Under the pieces are notes generated by a model. That model was not told the origin of the DNA. It ran no database searches and worked only from the letters and a program-made list of their open reading frames with translations. Shown here in pieces: positions 36,101-45,078 of a stretch of DNA of 64,000 nucleotides. The position numbers and the translations under genes are program-made. Within the stretch, counting starts at the first letter, position 1, and each line of letters begins with the position of its first letter. This stretch comes from a virus. Location: the IMG/VR virus record IMGVR_UViG_3300021963_000002, positions 6,686-70,685 of that record. One strand, written 5' to 3'.

Positions 36101-38008
36101 GAACTTAATCATGTTCAGCGCCAGCATCTTCATGCCGTTGCCCAGTGCGTTGGCAGCTCCGTTGGCCGCTGCCATTGATGCTCCGGCCCCTTTCGCGGCG
36201 GCTCCTGTAGAGGTCAGAGCCGCTGCCAGTTGATTCACAGCGGGGATTGCCACGCCCAAGCGGGCCACCAGCGCAGCAATCGATTGACCTAGCGCTGTCA
36301 GCAGAGTGCCCAGTGCGGCCAGGGCCTGCCCCAGGGTTGTGGTGATCGCAGTTGCGGCAGTTCTGACGGCAGCGACCACGCCACCCCACATCTGGGAGAA
36401 GGCGATACCACCGGCAATGAGCTTCACAAAGCCCATCACGCCGACTGCTTCCAACAGCTTGAACTGAGCCGTCAGGGAGCTGATGTACTCAACGACAGGG
36501 AGCTGCAGGAATTGGCCGTAGAGCTGCAGCAGCGAGGAGGTCGCCGAGATCAGCGGCTGAGCTACGGCGAGGAGGTTTTGGAATGCCTGCAGCAGCTGCT
36601 GGAAGACCTCGACCTTGAGGCTGACGAAGCCGGAGGCCAGGGCACCCAGACCCTGCAGCAGTTTCGCGAGGCTCGCGTTGATCAGGTCGAAGACGTTGCG
36701 GAGCGGTGCGGCGAGCTCCCCAGCCAACGCCGCGATCTTGGTGCTGAGTCGGTCAATCGTCTGGGCAGCAGCGTCGGCCATCTGCTGGGCCTGAGCGTTC
36801 CCACCACTGACTGAGCGGGAATTGCCGATGGACTGAGTACCGATGATGGAGGCAGCATTGGCGAGCCCACCACCCAACGCCTTGGCAGCAGCGAAGGCTT
36901 GCTCCTTGACTCCGCTGAGGATGCTGTAAACCCGGTTCAGGCCGGCGACCAGGGGATCCACAAGGGGACCGCCGAACGCTTGGCCCAGCAGTTCGACCAG
37001 ATCTCTCAGGTTGGAGGTGACACCGCTGAACGACTTGGCAGCCAGCGCTTGTCCCGCAACAGCTGTTGCCAGCTTCTTGTTCAGGAACGCGACCAGTCCC
37101 TCAGTGGAGTTTTTGGCTTTCTGGACGTCCTCGTTCGTGATGCCCAGCGCTTTTGCCAGGTAGGAGTCAGTGGTGATGTCTCCCCGGAGAATTGAGCCGA
37201 TCTCCTGGCGTGCCTGGTACAGGGGGATCCCGAAGGTCCCCAACGCCCCGGAGAAGGCGATGGCCAGATCTTCCGCATCCTTCAGGCTTCCACCGATGGA
37301 GCCGATCTGGGAGGAGACCATCGAGAAGACCTCGACAACCTCCGTGCTGGTGACGCCGGCCAGATCCAGCGACCGCTTCCTGATGCTGTCGATTCGTTTC
37401 TCAATCGACCCCGTCAGCGCGTTGATGGCTTTGAACGGGTCCTCGATCTTCCTGCCGCCGGCAAAGACATCGTTGGTCGATGCCAGCGCCGTCTGAGTCT
37501 TCAGGATCTGCTCACGGAGAGCGATCTCCTGACCGATGGTGGCCTTGAAGAACCCACCGAAGGCCCCCTGGAGTGCGCCGGTGATCTGCTGCAGGCCGTA
37601 AAGAGCGAATCCAATCTTGGCGAGGTTGTTGGTGAGCTTGGCTACGGCACCAACAGAGCCTTCAAAGCTGTTTTTGAGGATATTCCCCGCTTTAGCCCCC
37701 TCCTTAAGATCTCTTGAGATCTGCGGCAGTTGCTTGGTAGTACGAATCAGCTTTTCGGCTGACTCGATCTTGTCCTCAAATAGGGGAGTTCTCTTGGCTA
37801 CTTCGTATGTGGTTTTGAGCGCGGACCCAATGGTCTCGATATCGCGCTTAAGTGCACGGATATTGTTCCGTGCTTTGTCGATTGAAAAATCAAACTCGCG
37901 CTTCTTGTTGACGACTTGATCGGCACTGCGCCCCAAGTCGTTAATATCTTGCTTCGCCCGGCCAGTCTCGGCGGAGATAAATAGCGTAAGGTCTCCGAGA
38001 GATGCCAC
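33188..38008 (-). CDS. Tape measure protein with internal M23-like motifs
   Basis: 1606 aa, helical/TM-rich, C-terminal FAKGGVVNRPT..GE...EAVVPL and RPGGML. Confidence 0.92.
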   Translation of the reverse strand: MASLGDLTLFISAETGRAKQDINDLGRSADQVVNKKREFDFSIDKARNNIRALKRDIETIGSALKTTYEVAKRTPLFEDKIESAEKLIRTTKQLPQISRDLKEGAKAGNILKNSFEGSVGAVAKLTNNLAKIGFALYGLQQITGALQGAFGGFFKATIGQEIALREQILKTQTALASTNDVFAGGRKIEDPFKAINALTGSIEKRIDSIRKRSLDLAGVTSTEVVEVFSMVSSQIGSIGGSLKDAEDLAIAFSGALGTFGIPLYQARQEIGSILRGDITTDSYLAKALGITNEDVQKAKNSTEGLVAFLNKKLATAVAGQALAAKSFSGVTSNLRDLVELLGQAFGGPLVDPLVAGLNRVYSILSGVKEQAFAAAKALGGGLANAASIIGTQSIGNSRSVSGGNAQAQQMADAAAQTIDRLSTKIAALAGELAAPLRNVFDLINASLAKLLQGLGALASGFVSLKVEVFQQLLQAFQNLLAVAQPLISATSSLLQLYGQFLQLPVVEYISSLTAQFKLLEAVGVMGFVKLIAGGIAFSQMWGGVVAAVRTAATAITTTLGQALAALGTLLTALGQSIAALVARLGVAIPAVNQLAAALTSTGAAAKGAGASMAAANGAANALGNGMKMLALNMIKFNAVLLIIQLSITAIVDAFGRWQRAQEKVASDKRGKEAIRALNNELKDVDENSSAAERALKDLRESQAQSTLSQQKEEFADADKQVSELTEKIQQLKKELGERQAFAFGLDIQGINAMKTQLQGLEGELQKAVGRRFAAEKQYVDTLTNYEKGRKKEALNEEVTTRAKALGDQNEKLAQQQMQLARDVANAEFGARMELARKQIEVFQAGEELRIRQVDIYNRKLIDGQEGASATALDALNTYLVEKEKGEVNIEAKRREFQLQAAEIEKEIENYKFDIAQKILELKKQGAKLEMDTADYVRKQQEAAKLNGGAAPGGGVMLPGAAGATARVGSTGRSSGPHLDIRGPNAAGVIQEAEAIIKAWQQMGVKYIVLSNINKDITRVTDSGELQRLLKLEQQAHDSTRGRRPGASSGAIDLAVPMGTPIPVPVGGVGFDPSGGGYTAPSLFGLGNRFLHLQQGSKATSTAGTGSPARPNLNAGGVAAPSTAGFEGAKRGLIGLNKELQQFERLNQDITNKENLDNFFKALAPNIPVEQFRDAVIEVKAFAQASKMSLDPEQAAIYAKRIADINKFEAELAETIKKAGELRGMTAEKLKTLEEEARKRFYGKGGTKEQLDEEVRLRLAALEAERQKAAISDLMSQKRQSALGTTQSILGGAGQLQSQLFYDPRQQQRVMAETEMAQIGAQYDQQMPNWRTDTSDAAEELRTKFEELRQQKLFDAERMGEFEAMRNQFQLLSDVASGVGQAIGTAMTTGVKDVLTGARSVQEVLADTFSSIADSFFGMAQKIIADMIKMLVLKSLLGIFGMNNADGGPGGFLGGLFGGGGAGATSGSPLAGFGMDSLLTSGTGSTGANMFMGSGAVFSKNGNILVGGFQAFAKGGVVNRPTLGLVGEGAYNEAVVPLPNGKAIPVDMKQQAGNTVNTNITVNVDSQGGTQTEMTGDQAGKLGKAIDNAVKRVILEERRPGGMLSGR

Positions 38009-38041
38009 GGCACTCCTATCCGTTTTCTTATTTTAACTGGG

Positions 38042-38491
38042 CTATTTCAGGGATACGACCTTGCTCAGTGCCGCAATAACGTGTACTGGCAGTCTTCCTG
38101 AGCGGACTAACTTATTGATTATCTCTGATGTCTCTGTCTGCTGCTGCGATGCTGACGCATTGAGGGCAAACGGCAGGATGTCGTCGATACTTAGTTTGTT
38201 GGGAGCCTTGTTGCCCGCCATCCCTTGGGCAACCTGAACGACGATTAAGGCCAGCTTGGCGGTCGAGATGGACTCGATATTGGCCCTCCGCTTCTCCTCC
38301 TCAAACGCAAATTCCAGGACTGTGTAGATCTCCTTCAGCGGGGTGCGAAGGAAGGTCGTCCGGTCGTACTCGGCGGCTAAGACGCCGCTGCGAACCTGGA
38401 GGTAGAGCTTCGTGACGTCAAGAGGTTTTTGAGCGAGGTATTCCCTGTGCTTCTCGATCAGCTTCTCGGGATCTACCTCGCTCTCTTTCAG
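38042..38491 (-). CDS. Tail assembly chaperone C-terminal extension (gpT-like, -1 frame)
   Basis: 149-codon open frame beginning at slippery G-GGA-AAC (38497-38491), ending just before tape measure. Confidence 0.8.
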   Translation of the reverse strand: MKESEVDPEKLIEKHREYLAQKPLDVTKLYLQVRSGVLAAEYDRTTFLRTPLKEIYTVLEFAFEEEKRRANIESISTAKLALIVVQVAQGMAGNKAPNKLSIDDILPFALNASASQQQTETSEIINKLVRSGRLPVHVIAALSKVVSLK

Positions 38492-38982
38492 TTTCCCTCG
38501 TCGCCTTCAGACGGCCAGCCGTTGCGTTCCCAATTGATGAACTCGAAGATCTCGTTCAGGAGCTTGCTGGGTACTAGCAGGGTGTCTTCCCGGGTCCAGT
38601 CTCTGGTCTCGACCCACTGATCACCTTCTTGAGCCTCGCCTCGGTAGCGGAGGAAGAGGGTCACCATTTCGATCTGCTGCTCTGCAACGGTGGCTGAGTC
38701 CTTCTGGACTTCCGCCAGCTCCTCTGCATGCTCGTACAGGACCTCGTTGTCGCTGTCGGTATTGCTCAGGAGCTCCAGAGCATCCTTGACGCTGATCTTG
38801 CGCTTCTTGGAGACGGCTTTCGCGATCTTCAGCAGGGAGTACGTGTTCTGCGCCTGCTTGCGAGCGATCTCCTCGACACCTTCGGCCTCTCCAGCTACGA
38901 GATCTTTGTAGATCGGGAAACGGAAGGGGAGAATCTCGTGGTATTCCTTTTCCTTGAAGAAGAGCTTTGAATAACGGCTCAT
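38488..38982 (-). CDS. Tail assembly chaperone (gpG-like)
   Basis: Between tail tube and tape measure; ends GGGAAAC-TGA. Confidence 0.8.
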   Translation of the reverse strand: MSRYSKLFFKEKEYHEILPFRFPIYKDLVAGEAEGVEEIARKQAQNTYSLLKIAKAVSKKRKISVKDALELLSNTDSDNEVLYEHAEELAEVQKDSATVAEQQIEMVTLFLRYRGEAQEGDQWVETRDWTREDTLLVPSKLLNEIFEFINWERNGWPSEGDEGN

Positions 38983-39209
38983 CAGTCTATGTAAAACGAT
39001 GTGTCTGAAGCCACCAGTTCGGTGTCACTGTTTTCCGCATCAGGTGGAATAACCACGGTCAATTTACCACCATCTTCTGTAAGAAGAGTGGCCGGTGTAC
39101 GCGAAAAGGGGGCGATGTAAACCGCCCCCACTTCGAGTAGATCTCCACTCACTGTGCAGTTGATGAAGTATGACCGCTTGTCCTCAGAGACGAGCAGGTC
39201 AAATTTCAT
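38982..39209 (-). CDS. Hypothetical protein
   Basis: TGATG-coupled both sides. Confidence 0.6.
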   Translation of the reverse strand: MKFDLLVSEDKRSYFINCTVSGDLLEVGAVYIAPFSRTPATLLTEDGGKLTVVIPPDAENSDTELVASDTSFYID

Positions 39210-39778
39210 CAGTACACCGACAGTGCTGCAGTTGCGTTGTCGAAGATGCCCGACCAGATGCGGCCACGGGACTGGAAGGTCCAGGAGTACTCGATCAGGC
39301 CGTCGGAGGGGGCAGCCTCAGACACGCCGGTCACGCAAGCCTGGAACATACGAGCGTGATACTTGTAGTTACCGGTGCTATCGGTGCCGAGATAGGTGAA
39401 CATCTCAACCCAGAGTTCCACGTCGGGGTCGGATTCAGCCTCGATGACGAGCCTCAGAGCGTCGTCAATGTCAGCGTTAGGGGTGTTGCTTGCGCCCAGG
39501 CTGTTGATGAAGTAGGCGGAGCAAGCCAGCTCACCGGCTTGGGTCACACCCACAGAGTCACGCCAGCCGCTGTCACCCAGCAGGTAGAACTCCTGAGAGT
39601 TCGGGGCGGGGGTGAATTCAGCGCGGGTTGCGCCCTTCAGCCACTTGTAGGTCAGCGACGCAGGGGCGGTGATAGCGCCTGCAGTCACAGTTGCTGCTTT
39701 ACGGGTGCTGCCGGGGTCGGCGACGCGCACGATACGGTCCCGCCCCTTGGCAAATGCACCACCAGGAAGATTAGCCAT
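39209..39778 (-). CDS. Major tail (tube) protein
   Basis: Size, position, C-terminal V..SE.AP.DGLIEYSWTFQSRG. Confidence 0.8.
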   Translation of the reverse strand: MANLPGGAFAKGRDRIVRVADPGSTRKAATVTAGAITAPASLTYKWLKGATRAEFTPAPNSQEFYLLGDSGWRDSVGVTQAGELACSAYFINSLGASNTPNADIDDALRLVIEAESDPDVELWVEMFTYLGTDSTGNYKYHARMFQACVTGVSEAAPSDGLIEYSWTFQSRGRIWSGIFDNATAALSVY

Positions 39779-40179
39779 TAGCCTCTCTCAGGTTGAATCG
39801 AGTAATCGGGGATAAATACTTTCAGGGTTTCGAACGAGATGTCCGTTTGGGGGACATGCACGGGATCCTGAATATCAGGAAACCACTGAAAGAGAAGCTC
39901 GCGCACCTCGGCTAGTGTTTGAGCCGTGTCGTAGCTTGTGAGATAGATCGGCCAACGGACGTCTAGTACAACCTGCTGCGACAAGGTGGGCTTGTTCACC
40001 ATCTCGGGGACTTCGTCGATGACACACTCGATGCCAGTGACAGTCCAGTCCTTGGGAACTTGCTGCTGACCCCGTACCCATAGGGCGGGGGACGTAGATC
40101 CATCCGGAAGGTTATAGTTTCCTAATTTGGACCCGATAGCCGAGTTAATTAGGCTGCGTATTTGATTTACACTAGCCAT
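39778..40179 (-). CDS. Tail terminator-like protein
   Basis: Position before tail tube, 133 aa. Confidence 0.6.
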   Translation of the reverse strand: MASVNQIRSLINSAIGSKLGNYNLPDGSTSPALWVRGQQQVPKDWTVTGIECVIDEVPEMVNKPTLSQQVVLDVRWPIYLTSYDTAQTLAEVRELLFQWFPDIQDPVHVPQTDISFETLKVFIPDYSIQPERG

Positions 40180-40543
40180 TTAACTCTCTCCTAAGTATAG
40201 TCTCAAAGTACTTTTTAGGGTCCACGTTCTCAAGTGCCGTGCGCGTCCAGGGGCGGGCTGGCCATTCGCCGCCACCCTTGAGCTTGGTGCCCTCGTGCAC
40301 TTGAGTTGCGTACTCAACAGGCCAGCTGAACTGGTATCTGTTCTGTCCCGCTTGCCTTACTGTCTGGCTTGCGCGCAGCCGTCCTGTGTCGACGATGTCC
40401 CGCAGGCTACCGTCGTTCCACTTCCACTTATCAGAAGAGATCTCACTGGTGTATTCCGCTGACAGGCGGTTGACAAGTTGCTGGGTAGCTGCGGCAATCG
40501 CCCTGTCTAAAGCTGTCGTATCAAGCTTTTTGGGCTGCGCCAT
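40172..40543 (-). CDS. HK97 gp10-like tail completion protein
   Basis: VDTGRLRAS, YA..VHEGT, ARPW. Confidence 0.8.
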   Translation of the reverse strand: MAQPKKLDTTALDRAIAAATQQLVNRLSAEYTSEISSDKWKWNDGSLRDIVDTGRLRASQTVRQAGQNRYQFSWPVEYATQVHEGTKLKGGGEWPARPWTRTALENVDPKKYFETILRRELNG

Positions 40544-40545
40544 GG

Positions 40546-40923
40546 TTAACCACCCTTGCCTGTCTGTTCGAATTCACCAATGAAGCCCTGATGCAGCGTG
40601 CTCCGCGCAAACAACAGCTCTTGAGAGCCAATGTTCGTGACGCGCAGAGTGCCGGTGATGCCGTTTACCGTGCAGTTCGCCACCATGCCCACCTTGACCT
40701 TGGAACTAAAGGTCGAGGGCACTAGCAGCCTGCCCTTGCACGGGACCTTGTTCTCGTCGATACCGGGCTTGTAGTCCTGTCTGCTGGCGTCCAGCTGGAT
40801 ATTGGCGACGTAGGTCTCCGTCGTGTTGACAGGGACCCGATTACCGGTCTGAGGGTCTGTAGCGAAGGAGCTGTAGACCTCGAAGACCAGTGTTGCGTTG
40901 TCAAAGGGCGCGTAGGCTCCCAT
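40546..40923 (-). CDS. Head-closure protein
   Basis: Position and beta-rich 125 aa. Confidence 0.6.
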   Translation of the reverse strand: MGAYAPFDNATLVFEVYSSFATDPQTGNRVPVNTTETYVANIQLDASRQDYKPGIDENKVPCKGRLLVPSTFSSKVKVGMVANCTVNGITGTLRVTNIGSQELLFARSTLHQGFIGEFEQTGKGG

Positions 40924-41228
40924 CAGAACGCAAAGCCGATATTGACGAGAGAGCGTTGAAGAGCATTAAAGGTCGCGCCATAGGCAGTACCGGCGAAGCC
41001 CATGTCGGTCTGACCGCCAGGAACTGCACCGATCTGTTGCCCAATGGCTTGAGTGCGAGAGGCAAGTAGGTGAGCGGACAGGTAGTTCACCCCGTCGTCA
41101 TGCTGCGTGCCCCACACTTCGCTGTCGCAGAAGCGCTTCGCCTCGGCGATGGCCCCCTCCACCACGGCGGATTCCAGGTTCGAAAACTCAGGGAAACGGC
41201 TCAAAAATGTGGTGGAGGTGACGGCCAT
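40923..41228 (-). CDS. Head-tail adaptor (DUF4054-like)
   Basis: F..RFPEF, YL.AHLL, T.YG..F. Confidence 0.8.
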   Translation of the reverse strand: MAVTSTTFLSRFPEFSNLESAVVEGAIAEAKRFCDSEVWGTQHDDGVNYLSAHLLASRTQAIGQQIGAVPGGQTDMGFAGTAYGATFNALQRSLVNIGFAF

Positions 41229-41638
41229 CAGCCTTCTCCTTCAGTAATTGCCTTCACTCGCTTGGCAATGGCGTTCTTGATGCGGATGCGGTTTTCGGCG
41301 AAGTCCCACTCCTTGAGCAGGTCCAGGTCGAAGGTCGCATCGATGGCATCAAGTGCCTCTTTCACAGGCATCGTGGCCAGACCCCCGGTCGGTTTGACCG
41401 AGGAGTCCACCACTTCCACGTCTTCCTGCACTGCCAGCGCACCGATGCTGAGCAGATCCTTGACGACGGGCATTTCCTTGATCTTGTCCCACTGAGAGGG
41501 ATCAAAATCGCGGTTAACACCCGATTTCAGTTGGATGTGCTCAGTACCACCGGCTTTCGCACCGATTAGAGAGAAGCCAAGAGTGACTTCCTTATCCCGG
41601 GGCGGATTTTCCAGCTGGGGCTTGTAAGTGATGATCAT
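41228..41638 (-). CDS. Head-associated hypothetical protein
   Basis: Follows major capsid gene. Confidence 0.65.
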   Translation of the reverse strand: MIITYKPQLENPPRDKEVTLGFSLIGAKAGGTEHIQLKSGVNRDFDPSQWDKIKEMPVVKDLLSIGALAVQEDVEVVDSSVKPTGGLATMPVKEALDAIDATFDLDLLKEWDFAENRIRIKNAIAKRVKAITEGEG

Positions 41639-41659
41639 GTTCTGAGAAGAGAGGTGTTA

Positions 41660-42574
41660 TCAGGCTTTCTCGACGTACAGAGCGCTCTTGGGGTAGTACA
41701 GAGCGACACCGCCGATACGGGCGTGGGCGGCCACGGTGAACTCCAGGTTCTGCCGGATCGGGGGCAGGAACTCCAGGGTGCGGGGCACATGCAGCTGCAG
41801 CTTCTCGGGGCTGCGGTCGTAGCAGATGATGCGGTCCTTGGACAGCTTGCTACCGGACTTGCTGGCTTCCAGCTCGTTGATCGGCTCGATAGAGCGAATC
41901 ATCGGGTTGGTGCGGAGGTAGAACTCCATCACCGTGGTGTCAGAGGTAGCGCTACGCGGGGTGGTGCTGATGATGCGGTACACGTCGTAGGGCACCAGCA
42001 TCGTGTTGGGAGCCTCCTTCATGTTGGAGTTCTGCACGATGCGGGTGGGAGCCTCGTTGAGGATCTCCAGCATCTCGTCAGTGGTGATGTTGGCGTCATC
42101 GAACCACTTGGAGGGCACCAGCTTGTCGACGTTGGCGTTGTTGAAGAAGCCATCCATCGACACAGCGCCATCGCCGAAGTAGGCGATTTCCTGCACTTTC
42201 TCCTCATAGGCGCGGCGCACAGCGTTTGCACGGCGCTGCTCCAGGTTCATGCCGGGCACCATGGCGGCGGCACGGGTTTCCTGGATGGTGTAGGAGAAGG
42301 AGGCGCCCAGGCTGCGGACAGCGTGGGTCACTTCCTTACGCAGGACATCAGCACGGGGCAGATCGCCTGCTTTGTCCTGGATCAGCTTCATCTTGCCCTG
42401 AGCATCAAAGATGCGGTAGGTGAAGCTGTCAGCACCAGGACCCACCTCGGTGGAGATGGGGAGGATCTGGGAATACTTGATGTCGGCGTACTGGACCTCG
42501 AAGGTCCGGGCCAGGATCTGCTCTAGTTCTCTTGCGAGAAACAGACCGGCGTCGTCGTTACGAATATCAGACAT
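41660..42574 (-). CDS. Major capsid protein (DUF2184 family)
   Basis: GLFLARELEQI, DLPRAD, IAYFGD..GFFN, GGV..YYP; ATG 42574 after AGGAGG. Confidence 0.9.
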   Translation of the reverse strand: MSDIRNDDAGLFLARELEQILARTFEVQYADIKYSQILPISTEVGPGADSFTYRIFDAQGKMKLIQDKAGDLPRADVLRKEVTHAVRSLGASFSYTIQETRAAAMVPGMNLEQRRANAVRRAYEEKVQEIAYFGDGAVSMDGFFNNANVDKLVPSKWFDDANITTDEMLEILNEAPTRIVQNSNMKEAPNTMLVPYDVYRIISTTPRSATSDTTVMEFYLRTNPMIRSIEPINELEASKSGSKLSKDRIICYDRSPEKLQLHVPRTLEFLPPIRQNLEFTVAAHARIGGVALYYPKSALYVEKA

Positions 42575-42591
42575 TAGTTGGGTGCCTCCTA

Positions 42592-43218
42592 TCAAGCGTC
42601 TGCGGAAACGGTGAAGGTGGGGATGTCGATCTCCAGGAGAGCCAGACCGCCAGCGGCGGCAGCACCCACCCAGCGAGCACCGGCAGTCACGTTGAAGGTC
42701 TTACCAGCCACGGCAGATTTGCCGAAGCGGCCCTTGTAGCCACCGTTGGTGGCAGCGCTGGCGTGATCGGTGTGATACAGGCGCACGGCATCGCCGAGTG
42801 CCACAGCATCCACGGTGTAGACGTAGACAACGCCCTTGCTCAGGACGTTGACGATCTGCTTGTCGGGATAGCCAATACGGCCATCAGCAGTCTTAGAAGT
42901 GCCGGGGATAACGCCGGTGCCCTGGTAGGAGCTGTTGGCGTTGGCTTCGAAGGTGTTGCTGTCAACAGCAAGACCCAGTACGCCAGTAGCGGAAGCACCA
43001 GCGGGAAGCTTGGCGCCCAGGCCGGAAGTGGCGGCACTGTCGATAATCACGGCGTGGCCAAAAGGCAGCACGGCGCCGGATTCATTGGTGTAGGACCGGG
43101 AGACAAAAGCCTGCAGGTCCGCAATCATGCCCTCGTGGCCAGCCACAAGACGCTGAGGGTAAGAACCCTGAGCACCTGCGGGATTGGCGACGGTGGTGGT
43201 GGTGTAGGTGATAGCCAT
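42592..43218 (-). CDS. Capsid decoration/cement protein
   Basis: GMIAD, LPFG.AV, VNVLSKG.VYV; position before MCP. Confidence 0.75.
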   Translation of the reverse strand: MAITYTTTTVANPAGAQGSYPQRLVAGHEGMIADLQAFVSRSYTNESGAVLPFGHAVIIDSAATSGLGAKLPAGASATGVLGLAVDSNTFEANANSSYQGTGVIPGTSKTADGRIGYPDKQIVNVLSKGVVYVYTVDAVALGDAVRLYHTDHASAATNGGYKGRFGKSAVAGKTFNVTAGARWVGAAAAGGLALLEIDIPTFTVSADA

Positions 43219-43233
43219 TACTTAGCGCTCCTA

Positions 43234-44475
43234 TCAAACGTGAGCAGTGAGGTCTGACTTCCAACCGTTCAGCAGACGCTCACGGTAGGAGGATTGGCTG
43301 TCCATCTTTTCTGCTGCCTTTACTTGCGCCAGGGCAGCACGGACTTCGGCCACGTTGGAGCCGTCTTCCTCAGGCTGGAAGTCGGCGTCCTCTTTGATCT
43401 CCTCCTCTTCACCTTCCATGTCTTCCATGGCGGCGAGAACACCGTCAAGGACGCCGAGGAGGTAATCGTTGGAAGCGTCTTCGCGGGGAGCTTTTTCGAA
43501 GACGTTCTCGTAAGCGAGCGCCATGATCTGGTGCTCGTCCTCACCGTCAAACTTGTAGTCCTCGGGGAGGAGGGGGGAGAACTTATCGAGGCAGGCCAGA
43601 CGGGTGTTCACAGCCTGGTTGATCTGTTCAGCGTCGCTGCGCTCTGCGGCGGCAGCTTCTGCGTCAGCGATCTGCTTTTCGAGTTCTTCAATACGCTCAA
43701 GAGCCGCGTCGAGGCGGCCGAGAGCTTCTTCGTTCTCGGAGACAACAGCTTGGATCTGCTCTTCCTGAGAATCGAGCTTTTTCATCAGCTCGGCCTTGGC
43801 ACGATCACTCTCCTTCACGAAGGATTGGACCACACCGGCAGTTTCTGCTGGAAGTTCAAGATCCAGGCCGTCGAGGGTGATTCGTGCCATGGAAGATACG
43901 GGCGAATTCGACGGGTTTTCGTCCCATGCCACCGCATCGTTGCGGTCACATGAGTCGAGGATCAGACGGACGTCACGACCGGCACGACCACGGGGGACAA
44001 TCGCGATGTGATTAACGCGAATGTTCCTCTGGATGCCGTCATAACTCTCGCCTGCGGGTGTGACGCCAGGGGTGGGGTCATAGTCGACGCGATAGCCGGC
44101 GCTGACCTCTTGGGCATCACCCCGCTGGATACGTTCAATCGCCGATTTGTCAGTTACGACAAGAGCGACCTCAACGAAGCCATCGGAGAATCGAACTTGC
44201 GAGCCTGCATGTCCGATCTGATGAACCTTTGTATTTTCGGCGTCAAGCAGAACCGGGGGATGACCCATGGTTACTGCCTTCATGCCGAAGGAAGCAAGAG
44301 ACTCTGGCTTCGCTACTTCTGCTTCAGGGCGATATTCACGCACTTGCGTGCCATCACCCCTGGTATAAAGCTGAGTCCCTACTCGGGCCGCTTTACACCA
44401 CACTTTCAGGTAGCCCTCGTCCGTGATTTCGGACTTCGTTACCTGACCGTAATCGTAGCGACTTACAGTCTCCAT
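43234..44475 (-). CDS. DUF2213 prohead protease/scaffold
   Basis: EGYL, ARVG.Q.Y, EYRP, T.GHP, EVSAGY, QRNIR.NHIAIV..GRAG; acidic coiled-coil C-half. Confidence 0.9.
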   Translation of the reverse strand: METVSRYDYGQVTKSEITDEGYLKVWCKAARVGTQLYTRGDGTQVREYRPEAEVAKPESLASFGMKAVTMGHPPVLLDAENTKVHQIGHAGSQVRFSDGFVEVALVVTDKSAIERIQRGDAQEVSAGYRVDYDPTPGVTPAGESYDGIQRNIRVNHIAIVPRGRAGRDVRLILDSCDRNDAVAWDENPSNSPVSSMARITLDGLDLELPAETAGVVQSFVKESDRAKAELMKKLDSQEEQIQAVVSENEEALGRLDAALERIEELEKQIADAEAAAAERSDAEQINQAVNTRLACLDKFSPLLPEDYKFDGEDEHQIMALAYENVFEKAPREDASNDYLLGVLDGVLAAMEDMEGEEEEIKEDADFQPEEDGSNVAEVRAALAQVKAAEKMDSQSSYRERLLNGWKSDLTAHV

Positions 44476-44484
44476 ATCCTGATA

Positions 44485-44949
44485 CTAACTAAATTTTGCG
44501 GTATAAGTATCAGAACCGCTGGTGCACCCTTGTTTTATGAGGTAAGGGGACCAGTCGAAGCTGTCGAATCGTTTCCTGTGATGTTTTTCAGGCGGGTGCC
44601 ATCGGAGGCATGTCAGCCCTTTGGTTGAGGCTAACGGAAGCATCCAGATGTTCCCGTACTCCAGGCTGACGACGCCGAGATAGTCGATTTCGTCTGCGGA
44701 GTATGCCCTGTGGCCTTTGGACCCGGCGCTTGTCTTCGTGTCCGCCTGGTAATAGTTCCCAGTTGGCACCCAGTGAAGGGTTTTGACGTTGACGCGCTGC
44801 AGGCCACCGTTGTATTCGACCACGTAGTCGACACGGTGGAGGTCGTGCTTCGGGGAGGCGATAAAGATGCCACGCTCAAGGAAGTGGCCCTCGAACATGT
44901 GCTCTCCTTTCGCGCCCCGGTGAGCTGAGGGTGCGCTGATACAGGTCAC
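44485..44949 (-). CDS. Free-standing PD-(D/E)XK endonuclease (homing-endonuclease type)
   Basis: GA.GE..F, VDYVVE...RVNVKT, Y..DEID. Confidence 0.75.
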   Translation of the reverse strand: MTCISAPSAHRGAKGEHMFEGHFLERGIFIASPKHDLHRVDYVVEYNGGLQRVNVKTLHWVPTGNYYQADTKTSAGSKGHRAYSADEIDYLGVVSLEYGNIWMLPLASTKGLTCLRWHPPEKHHRKRFDSFDWSPYLIKQGCTSGSDTYTAKFS

Positions 44950-44985
44950 ATACTGTGATCAGTTACGCCTATTTAGCAGACGTTC

Positions 44986-45078
44986 TCAGTGGCTGAACTG
45001 TGTCAGCCATACGGTTACTACGAGCATCCCGGATAGCCAGGTCAGGCCAAATACGACGACCGGTGGTATCCGGAGCAT
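44986..45078 (-). CDS. 30-aa hydrophobic peptide MLRIPPVVVFGLTWLSGMLVVTVWLTQFSH
   Basis: TGATG-coupled to 45078..46151; single TM helix. Confidence 0.5.
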   Translation of the reverse strand: MLRIPPVVVFGLTWLSGMLVVTVWLTQFSH

